Assembly: GCA_035553895.1 (NCBI GenBank) | Contig: DATMJI010000211.1 | Location: 1 to 44,938 of the forward strand | DNA from: Acidimicrobiales bacterium | GTDB lineage: Bacteria; Actinomycetota; Acidimicrobiia; Acidimicrobiales; CADCSY01 | DNA: 44,938 bases | Direction: 5' to 3' | Shown here: positions 25,546 to 33,633 of the stretch, piece by piece | How the letters are laid out: every line of letters starts with the position of its first letter | Numbering within the stretch: position 1 is the stretch's first letter | Program-made: the position numbers and the translations under genes | Notes under the pieces: model-generated | What the model was told of the DNA's origin: nothing | The model's input: the letters and a program-made list of their open reading frames with translations, nothing else | Databases searched by the model: none

Positions 25546-26375
25546 ACGAGGACCGGTCGGCCCACCTCCCGGCCGAGCACCGGGCCGCACCGGATCACCG
25601 GGTGATCTTCGTCGGGGGCCTGCACCGCAGCGGCACGTCTTTGCTGGCCGCCGCCCTGGCCGCCCACCCCGGCGTCAGCGGGTTCCACGGCACGGGCGCG
25701 GCCGAGGACGAAGGTCAGCACCTCCAGCGGGTCTACCCCCCGGTGCGGGCCCACGGCGGGCCGGGTCGCTTCGCCAACCGGGCCGAGGCCCACCTCACCG
25801 AGACCAGTCCGCTGGTGACGCCCGCCTCGGCCGCTGCCCTGATGGAGGCCTGGGGACGGCACTGGGACCTCACCAAGCCCGTCCTGGTCGAGAAGTCGCC
25901 CCCCAACCTGATCCAGGCCCGGTTCCTCCAGGCGCTGTTCGCCCACCCCTCTTTCGTCATGATCGTGCGCCACCCCCTCGTCGTCGCCCTGGCCACCCAG
26001 CGTCGGGCCCGCCGGGCGCGTCTCGGGGCGCTGCTCGACCATTGGTTCTGTGCCCACCGGATCCTCCAGGAGGATGCACCCGCCATCGAGCGCCTCCTGG
26101 TGGTCCACTACGAGGACCTGGTGGCTCACCCCGAGGCCTGTTTGGCGCGCATCGCCGCCTTCGCCGGTCTGGCCAGCCCACTCCCCCCCTTGGCCCCCGA
26201 CCTCCGGGTGAGCCAGCGCTACGGAGAGCTCTGGTCGCAGCGCCGGCGCTCGCCGGCCGGGCGAGTCCAGGCAGGGCTCCTCGCCCGCCGGTACGAGGGG
26301 CAGGCCAACCGCTACGGATACACCCTGGCCGACCTCGAGCGGTGGGCACCCGGCGAGCTCGCCAGCTCTCCATGA
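25542..26375 (+). CDS. Sulfotransferase-family protein, class C copy 2
   Basis: GTG at 25542 overlaps the upstream stop (GTGA). Blocks: VIFVGGLHRSGTSLLAAALAAHPGV, LVEKSPPNL, VMIVRHPLVVA, HYEDLVAHPE. Confidence 0.65.
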   Translation: MNEDRSAHLPAEHRAAPDHRVIFVGGLHRSGTSLLAAALAAHPGVSGFHGTGAAEDEGQHLQRVYPPVRAHGGPGRFANRAEAHLTETSPLVTPASAAALMEAWGRHWDLTKPVLVEKSPPNLIQARFLQALFAHPSFVMIVRHPLVVALATQRRARRARLGALLDHWFCAHRILQEDAPAIERLLVVHYEDLVAHPEACLARIAAFAGLASPLPPLAPDLRVSQRYGELWSQRRRSPAGRVQAGLLARRYEGQANRYGYTLADLERWAPGELASSP

Positions 26376-26380
26376 CCAGG

Positions 26381-27232
26381 TCACGAGCGCCAGGCGGAGA
26401 GGTCGCGCCCGAGCCAGCGGGCCAGGGCCTCCACCTCCGGCTCGAAGGTGGCGACCAGGTGGCGGCGGGTGGCGGGGTCGAGGGCCGGGTACAAAAGGGG
26501 CCGCTCGTTGACCCGGGCCAGGGCCCGGCGCACCGGTGCCATGTTCCGGGGGAGGCGGCGGCCCAGCCGCCACAGGGCGGGCGAGCGTAGGGCAGTAGGG
26601 GCGTTCACCGGCCGGCCCAGGGTGGCGGGCCGGAACCCGTCGTCGACGCCCAGGAAGCGGCAGAGCTCGGCGTAGACCGACGCCGGATCGGCCCGGAGGT
26701 CGTCGAAGATCACCACGTGGAGTTGCCGGCGGGGATAGCGGTGGCAGATCTCGTTCAGCTGGCCCAGGTACCGGCCCCCGCCGACGTAGGCGAAGCGCCG
26801 GGCGGCCAGGCCACCGGAGCGCAGCCGCTCGGCCTCGGCGTTTAGCGCATCGGTGAACGGGAGCGCCTCCCGGCCCTGGCCCCGGTTCATCCAGTAGTGG
26901 GAGTAGGCCCGGTCGACGGGATGGCGCAGGAGGGCGATGAGGCGGGCGTCAGGGAGCACGGACGCCAACCGGTCCAGCCACCGCGGGCTGAACATATACG
27001 ACGGCGTGGCCTCACCTACGACCGCCTGGTGACCCGCCTGGCGGAACTGGCTGCGGTACCACCCGATCCCCCGGTGGAAGTTGTTGTCGAAGTAGTGAAG
27101 CTCCTTGCGGGGGGGGAGGTACACCTCGGGGTGGTCCGAGAGGTAGGCGTGCAGGGCGGTGCTGCCGGCCCGGGCGGCACCGACGATGACGAAGTCGGGG
27201 AGCCGGCCGTCTGATCGCCGGGCGGGGGGCAC
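26381..27232 (-). CDS. Sulfotransferase, heparan-sulfate-type, class A copy 2
   Basis: Motifs: LPDFVIVGAARAGSTALHAYL, KELHYFD, WYRSQF, GEATPSY, RLIALLRHPVDRAYSHY. I prefer GTG 27232 (2 nt after the upstream stop). The track start 27271 would overlap the upstream gene by 37 nt. Confidence 0.8.
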   Translation of the reverse strand: MPPARRSDGRLPDFVIVGAARAGSTALHAYLSDHPEVYLPPRKELHYFDNNFHRGIGWYRSQFRQAGHQAVVGEATPSYMFSPRWLDRLASVLPDARLIALLRHPVDRAYSHYWMNRGQGREALPFTDALNAEAERLRSGGLAARRFAYVGGGRYLGQLNEICHRYPRRQLHVVIFDDLRADPASVYAELCRFLGVDDGFRPATLGRPVNAPTALRSPALWRLGRRLPRNMAPVRRALARVNERPLLYPALDPATRRHLVATFEPEVEALARWLGRDLSAWRS

Positions 27233-27234
27233 CG

Positions 27235-28083
27235 TCAGCGGTCCCACCCCGAGAGGTCCCGGCCGAGCCACGCGGCCAGGGCGGCGTTATCCGGGCGAAA
27301 GTGCTCCACCAGCCGGTTGCGGGTGGCGGGGTCCAGTGCGGTGGTGGTGGCCGGCCGCTGGTTGAGCCGGGCCAGCGCCCGGCCGAGCGGCCGGGCCGGT
27401 CCCTGGAGGCGCCGGGCCGCCCGGCGCAGGGCCAGGGACCGGAATCCGGTCGCCACATTGAGGGGCTGGCCCAGGTTGGGTGGGACGAAGGTGTCATCGA
27501 TGCCGAGGAAGCGACAGACCGACCGGTAGCTCTCGAGCGGCGCCTGGCACAGGTCGTCGAAGAGCACCACCAGCAGCTGGCGGCGGGGAAAGTGCCGGCC
27601 CACCTCCTGGAGCTGCGGCAGGTAGTGCCCGGGCCCGAGGTAGCGGTAGGGCGCCGGACCCTCGTCCCCGGCACCGGCCGGCCCCGTCTCCCCGCCGGCC
27701 AGCTCGTCGTCCACCGCCTGCTCGAAGCTGCGGGGCTCCCGCCCCTGGCTGCGGTTCATCCCGTAGTGGGAGTAGGCCCGCTCGACCGGATGGCGCAGGA
27801 GGGCGATGAGTCGGGCGTGGGGCACCACCCCGGCCATGCGCTCGATGGCGTCCGGGCGGAACAGGTAGGACGGGGTGGCCTCCCCCACCGCCCGCTCGCC
27901 GGCGGCTCCGGCGAAGTGCTCCCGGTACCAGTCGAGGCCCCGGTCGAAGTTGACGTTGAAGAAGCGCACCTCCTTGCGGGGCGAGAGGTAGACGTCGGGA
28001 TGGGGCCGGAGGTAGTGGTGCAGCGCCGTGCTCCCCGCCCGGGTGGCGCCGATGACGAGGAAGTTCGGGAGCCGGCCACTCAT
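27235..28083 (-). CDS. Sulfotransferase, heparan-sulfate-type, class A copy 3 (tandem with copy 2)
   Basis: Motifs: MSGRLPNFLVIGATRAGSTALHHYL, KEVRFFN, WYREHF, GEATPSY, RLIALLRHPVERAYSHY. ATG 28083 is chosen because the track start 28215 would overrun the divergent GT2 start. Confidence 0.8.
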   Translation of the reverse strand: MSGRLPNFLVIGATRAGSTALHHYLRPHPDVYLSPRKEVRFFNVNFDRGLDWYREHFAGAAGERAVGEATPSYLFRPDAIERMAGVVPHARLIALLRHPVERAYSHYGMNRSQGREPRSFEQAVDDELAGGETGPAGAGDEGPAPYRYLGPGHYLPQLQEVGRHFPRRQLLVVLFDDLCQAPLESYRSVCRFLGIDDTFVPPNLGQPLNVATGFRSLALRRAARRLQGPARPLGRALARLNQRPATTTALDPATRNRLVEHFRPDNAALAAWLGRDLSGWDR

Positions 28084-28156
28084 GCCGGTGCAGGCAGAGT
28101 CGTCATGGCGATCTTCCCGAGGCCGGCGCCCAGGACCTGGCAGGATAGCAGCAGGG

Positions 28157-29038
28157 ATGGATGCGACGGCTGCCGAGGAACCCGCCGGCACGCGGGTCGC
28201 CGCAGTGGTCGTCACCTACGCCCGGCCCGATGCGCTGCGGCGGTCGTTGCTGGCCATCGCCGCCCAGTCCCGCCGTCCCGATGAGGTGCACGTCGTCGAC
28301 AACGCCGGGGACCTCGACGCTGCGGTCTGGTCGGACCGGGCGGAGCTCGCCGTGCACTACCACCGCATGCCCGAGAACCTCGGGTACGCCGCCGGGTTGA
28401 GCGTGGGCATGCGGGCCGCCGTCGACGGGGGGGCTCGGTACTGCTGGCTCCTCGACGACGACAGCGTCCCTGCCGGTGATGTCCTCGAGCGCTGTCTCCA
28501 GGTGGCGGGCGCCGACCCGGGCGTCGGCATCGTCGGCCTCGACGGCGGATCGGTCCGACGGGGCATCCCCCGCCACGAGGGGCCGACCGGTGCTGAGGTC
28601 GTCCGCCACTGCGACTTCGTGCTGGTGGATGGCGCCCTCGTAACCAAGCCGGCAATTGATGACATTGGCCTTCCTCGGGCTGACTTTTTCATGATGATGG
28701 AGGACGTGGAGTACTGCCGGCGGCTCCGGCGGGCCGGTTGGGACGTGGTCCGCCTGGACGACACCTCCATCGAACGGGCTCACCTCGGCTCGGGTGCCGG
28801 GGCGGTCCCGGCTCCGCCCTGGCGGGGCTACTACCAGACCAGGAACCAGCTGCGTATGGCTCTCGAACCCCTTTCCATCAGCGAGTTGAGCGGTTGGTGC
28901 ACCCGCCAGGCCAAGTTCCTGGTCGGTGCCGCCCTGCACTCCGACCGCCGCCGGGAGCGCATCCGCCTCCGGCTGCGAGGGGCCTGGGACGGGGCCCGCG
29001 GCGTGTCCGGCCGCACCGTCGAACCGACCGATACCTGA
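28157..29038 (+). CDS. Glycosyltransferase family 2
   Basis: In-frame ATG at 28157. Blocks: VAAVVVTYARPDALRRSL, VVDNAGD, NLGYAAG, WLLDDDSVP (DxD), MMEDVEYCRRLRRAGW. Confidence 0.85.
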   Translation: MDATAAEEPAGTRVAAVVVTYARPDALRRSLLAIAAQSRRPDEVHVVDNAGDLDAAVWSDRAELAVHYHRMPENLGYAAGLSVGMRAAVDGGARYCWLLDDDSVPAGDVLERCLQVAGADPGVGIVGLDGGSVRRGIPRHEGPTGAEVVRHCDFVLVDGALVTKPAIDDIGLPRADFFMMMEDVEYCRRLRRAGWDVVRLDDTSIERAHLGSGAGAVPAPPWRGYYQTRNQLRMALEPLSISELSGWCTRQAKFLVGAALHSDRRRERIRLRLRGAWDGARGVSGRTVEPTDT

Positions 29039-29132
29039 CCGTAACATGCAGATCCCCACTTTTCCGGGGCCCGTCCGGGGGGTAGCGTGCTCCTGGGCCC
29101 GACCTTCGGGCGCGACGAAGGGAGCATCCTCC

Positions 29133-29567
29133 ATGCTGAAGAAGGTTATGACCACATTGGCCACAGCCACGGTGGCACTGGGCGTCATGGCCGGTCCGGC
29201 GGCAGCACATGTCGTCTTCGGGTCGCTCGACATCGACTCGCCGGCGTCCGGCACCCCGACCACCGTGAAGGTCAGCGGCGATGTGACCTGTACCGCCGGC
29301 GAGAAGTTCCGGGCTGGGGTCTTCCTGACCCAGGGCGCCAGCGAGGGATTCGGGAACGACCCCGGCAACAACTGCACCGGCTCGTCCCAGTCGTGGCTGG
29401 CGACCGTCAACCTCACCTCGGGACCGGGCTTCACCTCGGGTCCGGCCGAGGCGTGCGTGCGGGTGCAGACGGGGCTGCCCGGCGGGAGCACCACCCACGG
29501 CGCCAACCCGCAGCACTGCGAGACCATCACCCTCGAAATTTCCCCGTCGCCCCAGCCCCCGCTCTAG
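29133..29567 (+). CDS. Small secreted four-Cys protein of unknown function
   Basis: ATG at 29133 after GAAGGGAG. Signal peptide MLKKVMTTLATATVALGVMAGPAAAH. The mature part has 4 Cys and a Pro-rich tail. Confidence 0.6.
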   Translation: MLKKVMTTLATATVALGVMAGPAAAHVVFGSLDIDSPASGTPTTVKVSGDVTCTAGEKFRAGVFLTQGASEGFGNDPGNNCTGSSQSWLATVNLTSGPGFTSGPAEACVRVQTGLPGGSTTHGANPQHCETITLEISPSPQPPL

Positions 29568-29580
29568 TCCGAGCATCGCA

Positions 29581-29607
29581 GCCGCCGGGCGCTTAGCGCC
29601 CGGCGGC
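29581..29607. terminator. Perfect 12-bp GC hairpin between convergent genes (possible bidirectional terminator)
   Basis: GCCGCCGGGCGC-tta-GCGCCCGGCGGC. The loop tta is the TAA stop of the minus-strand GT4 gene. The hairpin starts 13 nt after the plus-strand stop at 29567. Confidence 0.5.
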
Positions 29608-30750
29608 CCGCTCGTACAGCCGCACCATGGCGGCGGCCACCTCGTCGATGGTGAAGCGCTCCAGGAAGCGGCGCCTCCCCTCCCCGGCTCGGCGCCGGCA
29701 CCCCGTCGGGTCTCCCAGGGCGGCGCCGATCGACGAGGCCAGCGCCGCCGCATCGCCCGGGGGCACGAGGCACGCCGCATCGGGCCCCCCCACCACCTCC
29801 CGGACGCTGGGAAGATCGCTCACCACCATCGGCGCCTCCAGAGCCATCGCCTCCAGCAGTACGCTGCCCAGCCCCTCCCAGCGCGACGGAAGGACGAAGG
29901 CATCGGCGGCGCACAACAGCTCAGCGACATCGGAGCGGGCCCCGAGGAAGCGCACTTCGTCGCCGAGGCCCAAGCGGTGCCGGGCGGCCACCAGGGCCGG
30001 GGTCTGGTTCCCCACTCGACCGGCGACGAGCAGCCGGGCGCGGGGCACCGCCGCCTGCACCGCCGGCCACGCCTCCACCAACACGTCCAGCCCCTTCTGG
30101 TGCTCCTGGCGGGCGGCGGCGAGGACGGCAAGGTCGCCCTCAGCCAGTCCCAGGCCGGCCCTGGCCGCCGCCCGGCGAGCCGGGGTGCGCCGCCCCAGGC
30201 GCTCGGGATCTCGACCCCGCGGCACCACCTCGATCCGGGTTCGGGGGATGAGCAGGCGGCGGGCCATGGTGGCGGCCACGTGGGAGGAGATAGCATGGAA
30301 GCGCTCGACCCAGCGGGCCGTGAGGAGATCGATCGCCTGGGCACCGCGGACCTTCCACGCCCGCAGGTCGGGGTTGGTCATCTGCTCGGGCCCGTAGGCC
30401 ACGTTGGCCAGGGTGGAGACGATGGGGACCCGGTGGCGGCGCCCGGCCAGCCGCCCGGCCACATCGGCCTCGAAGAGGGTGGTGTGGACCACGTCGGGGC
30501 GGCGCCGGCCGACCAGGGCGACGGCCGACCGGGCCCAGTCCCGGCGCCCGGTCCCGCCGCCCAGCGAGAGCACCTCGGCCCCTGCCGCCCGCAAGTCGTC
30601 GCCGACACCGGGCCGCTCGTGCAGGTAGGCCACATCGAGACGCACTCCCCGCGCCACCAGCGGCCGGGCCAGGCCGGCCAGCGAGGTCTCGGCCCCACCG
30701 GCGGCCAGGCTGTCGATGACGTAAAGGACGTGCACGACGGGGTAGTTCAC
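29593..30750 (-). CDS. Glycosyltransferase family 4
   Basis: GTG start at 30750. N-terminal VVHVLYVIDSLAAGGAETSL and C-terminal SRWEGLGSVLLEAMALEAPMVVSDLPSVREVV. Confidence 0.9.
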   Translation of the reverse strand: MNYPVVHVLYVIDSLAAGGAETSLAGLARPLVARGVRLDVAYLHERPGVGDDLRAAGAEVLSLGGGTGRRDWARSAVALVGRRRPDVVHTTLFEADVAGRLAGRRHRVPIVSTLANVAYGPEQMTNPDLRAWKVRGAQAIDLLTARWVERFHAISSHVAATMARRLLIPRTRIEVVPRGRDPERLGRRTPARRAAARAGLGLAEGDLAVLAAARQEHQKGLDVLVEAWPAVQAAVPRARLLVAGRVGNQTPALVAARHRLGLGDEVRFLGARSDVAELLCAADAFVLPSRWEGLGSVLLEAMALEAPMVVSDLPSVREVVGGPDAACLVPPGDAAALASSIGAALGDPTGCRRRAGEGRRRFLERFTIDEVAAAMVRLYERAAGR

Positions 30751-30773
30751 CAGATTTGCCGGTCGGTACCCTG

Positions 30774-31667
30774 ATGGGCCGGTTGGCCGACGCCGTCAAG
30801 CCCGCCGTTCCCCGCCGGGTGCGTGCCTCCATCGTCCGGAGCCGCCTCCGGACCCGCCAGCGCCTCCCCGGCGGGCGGGCGCTCCCGGGCGTCCTGGTCA
30901 TCGGGGCCCAGCGCTGTGGCACCAGCTCGCTCTACAAGTACCTGGGCCGCCACCCGGCCGTGCTGGCCCCCCTGCGCAAGGAGACGGAGTACCTCTCCCG
31001 CTTCCACGTCCAGGGCATCGAGTGGTACCGGGCCCAGTTCCCGACCCAGGCCCGCCTGGACTGGGTCTCCTGGCGGCGGCGGTGCCAGGCCCTCACCTTC
31101 GAGGCCACGCCCGACTACCTCTGGCACCCGCTGGCGGCCGAGCGGGCGGCCCAGCTCCTCCCCGGCGCCCGCATCGTGGTCCTCCTGCGCGATCCGGTCG
31201 AGCGGGCCCTGTCCCATCACCAGCACATGACCCGACTGGGCTTCGAGACCCTGCCCTTCGAAGCGGCGCTCGATGCCGAGGAGGGCCGGCTGGCCGGCGA
31301 GCGGGAGCGCATCCTCGCCGACGGTGCCTACCCGGGGCGCAGCTACCTGCGCTTCTCCTACGCCTCCCGGGGTCGCTACCTCGAGCAGCTGCTGGCCTGG
31401 ACGGACCGCTACCCGAGCGAGCGCCTGCTGGTGCTCCGCAGCGAGGACCTCTACGCCGATCCGGCGGCGACGTGGGTCCAGCTCGTCGAGTTCCTCGGAC
31501 TGCCGCCGTGGGACCTTCGCCGGTTCCGCAACCACAGCCGGTCGCCGGGGCCATCGCCGCCGATGGCCGCCGGCACCCGGCGGCGCCTGGAGGCCTACTT
31601 CGCCCCCCACAACGAACGGCTCTCGGCTCATCTGGGACGGGACTTCGCCTGGGCGGGCCCCGGGTGA
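30774..31667 (+). CDS. Sulfotransferase, heparan-sulfate-type, class A copy 4
   Basis: Motifs: LPGVLVIGAQRCGTSSLYKYL, KETEYLS, WYRAQF, EATPDY, RIVVLLRDPVERALSHH. Start is ATG 30774 (the track gives TTG 30756). Confidence 0.8.
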   Translation: MGRLADAVKPAVPRRVRASIVRSRLRTRQRLPGGRALPGVLVIGAQRCGTSSLYKYLGRHPAVLAPLRKETEYLSRFHVQGIEWYRAQFPTQARLDWVSWRRRCQALTFEATPDYLWHPLAAERAAQLLPGARIVVLLRDPVERALSHHQHMTRLGFETLPFEAALDAEEGRLAGERERILADGAYPGRSYLRFSYASRGRYLEQLLAWTDRYPSERLLVLRSEDLYADPAATWVQLVEFLGLPPWDLRRFRNHSRSPGPSPPMAAGTRRRLEAYFAPHNERLSAHLGRDFAWAGPG

Positions 31668-32623
31668 CCCCGGCCCTCCCGCCGTTCCCCTTCCTGATCG
31701 GCTGCGGGCGCTCGGGCACCACCCTGGCCCGGGCCCTGCTCGACGCCCATCCGGCCCTGGCCGTCCCCGGGGAGTCCTACTTCCCCATCTGGCTGGGCCG
31801 CCAGATCAGGCGATACCAGCGCCAGGGAACCTTCGACGCCCGGATTCTGGCCGGCGACCTGGTGGGCGACCCCTGGTTCCGCCGCTGGCAGCTGCCCGAC
31901 GACGAGGTGCGCGCCGTTCTGAGCGAGCCCGGGATCACCACCTTCGCCGACGCCCTGCGCCGGGTCTACGCCCTCTACGCCCGCCACCACGGCAAAGCCC
32001 GCTACGGGGACAAGACGCCGACCTTCGTCCTCCATGTCGAGGCGCTGGCCCGGCTCTTCCCTGAGGCCGTCTTCGTCCACATCGTGCGCGACGGGCGCGA
32101 CGTCGCCCTGTCCCTGCTGGAGGCCGACTGGGGACCCGACCGGCTGGACCGGGCCGCGCTCCACTGGCGCCATCACGTCGAGCGGGGGCGCCAGGCGGCC
32201 GGGCGCATCGAGCCCGGCCGCTACCGGGAGGTGCGCTACGAGGACCTCCTCGACGATCCCGAGGGCACGGCCCGCTCGCTGTGCGACTACCTGGCCCTGC
32301 CCTTCGACGCCGCCATGCTCGACTACGCCGAACGGGCGCCGGCGCTGCTGCGCCTGCTGCCCGATGCCGACGAGCACCAGAACCTCCGGCTGCCTCCCAC
32401 CAAGGGGCTTCGGGACTGGCGCCGGGAGATGGAGCCCGCCGACGTGGCCACCTTCGAGGCCCTGGCCGGCGATGCGCTGGCCGCTCTCGGCTACGAGCGA
32501 CGTACTCCCGTGCCGGTCACCGGCGCCGCCCGGCTCGTGGCGGTCCGGGCCGGGCTGGAATGGCACCTGCGCCAGGGGGCCCGGCGCCTCCGGACCACGG
32601 CGGGACGGATCCTCGGTCGCTGA
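31664..32623 (+). CDS. Sulfotransferase, TPST/Stf0-like (Sulfotransfer_3-type), class B copy 1
   Basis: GTG at 31664 overlaps the upstream stop (GTGA). Blocks: PFPFLIGCGRSGTTLARALLDAHPALAVPGESYF, YGDKTP, FVHIVRDGRDVALS, YEDLLDDPE. Confidence 0.8.
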   Translation: MTPALPPFPFLIGCGRSGTTLARALLDAHPALAVPGESYFPIWLGRQIRRYQRQGTFDARILAGDLVGDPWFRRWQLPDDEVRAVLSEPGITTFADALRRVYALYARHHGKARYGDKTPTFVLHVEALARLFPEAVFVHIVRDGRDVALSLLEADWGPDRLDRAALHWRHHVERGRQAAGRIEPGRYREVRYEDLLDDPEGTARSLCDYLALPFDAAMLDYAERAPALLRLLPDADEHQNLRLPPTKGLRDWRREMEPADVATFEALAGDALAALGYERRTPVPVTGAARLVAVRAGLEWHLRQGARRLRTTAGRILGR

Positions 32624-32640
32624 GAGCCGCCGGCGGCCGC

Positions 32641-33609
32641 TCAGCGCCGGGACGCCCAGCGCCGCCAGCGACGGAGGGTCCGCCTGCGGACCTTGCTGGC
32701 CCGGCGCCGCACCCGACCCCCCTGGACCGCCAACCAGCGCCCCCCGGCGCCGAGGCGCACCCCCACGCCGGCACCGCAAGATGCCCGCCCGTAGCCGAGG
32801 GTGGCCAGGAGGTCGCCGGCGATGAGCTCGAAGCGGGCGACGTCGCCGGGCTCCATCTGCCGGCGCCAGTCCCGCAGCCCCTTGGTGGGCGGTCGGTACA
32901 GGCCGGTGCGGGTCTCGGGCCGGCCCATGGTGGCGGCCACCTCGCCGGCCCGCTCGTAGTAGCGCAGCATGGCCGGGTCGAAGTCGAGCTCGAGGAACCG
33001 GCACAGTTGGCGGACCGTGCCCTCGGGGTCGTCCACCAGGTCCTCGTAGCGGACCTCGAGGTAGCGCTGCGGACCCAGGGCCCGACCGTCCCGCCGGCCC
33101 GTCTCGACCGCCCGCTTCCAGAGGAAGGCCGCCTCTTCGACGGACTCGGCCCCCCACGGGACGTCGAGGTAGGACAGGGCGACGTCACGACCGTCGCGGA
33201 TGATATGGACGAAGCGGGCGTCGGAGAAGGTACGGGCCAGCTCGGGGAGGTGCAGGACGTGGAGGGGCGTCTTGTCGCCGTAGCGGGTCTTGCCCCGGGA
33301 GGCGGCGTAGCAGGCGAACACGGCCCGCACGGCAGCGGCGTAGTCGAGCGGTGGCGCCGCTTCCAGGTGGCGGCGGACCTCGCCGGGGGACAGGCCGAAG
33401 CTGGCGAAGCCGGGGCGGGCGACCAGGTCGTCCACGAAGGCCCCGACGCAAAACCCGCCGCCGAGCTCGAAGCGGTCACGCATCCCGGCCATGCCCACCA
33501 AGAAGTGGGTCTCGTCGGGGATGGCCAGCTGCGGATGGGAGTCGAGGATGGCCCGCAGTAGGGTCGTCCCCGAACGACCCCGGCCCACGAGGAAGGCGAA
33601 GGGCGCCAT
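32641..33609 (-). CDS. Sulfotransferase, TPST/Stf0-like, class B copy 2 (convergent paralogue)
   Basis: ATG at 33609 within track ORF 32641..34626. Blocks: MAPFAFLVGRGRSGTTLLRAILDSHPQLAIPDETHF, YGDKTP, FVHIIRDGRDVALS, YEDLVDDPE. Confidence 0.8.
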   Translation of the reverse strand: MAPFAFLVGRGRSGTTLLRAILDSHPQLAIPDETHFLVGMAGMRDRFELGGGFCVGAFVDDLVARPGFASFGLSPGEVRRHLEAAPPLDYAAAVRAVFACYAASRGKTRYGDKTPLHVLHLPELARTFSDARFVHIIRDGRDVALSYLDVPWGAESVEEAAFLWKRAVETGRRDGRALGPQRYLEVRYEDLVDDPEGTVRQLCRFLELDFDPAMLRYYERAGEVAATMGRPETRTGLYRPPTKGLRDWRRQMEPGDVARFELIAGDLLATLGYGRASCGAGVGVRLGAGGRWLAVQGGRVRRRASKVRRRTLRRWRRWASRR

Positions 33610-33633
33610 GGTGGGGCAGCCTAGGAGGATGCC

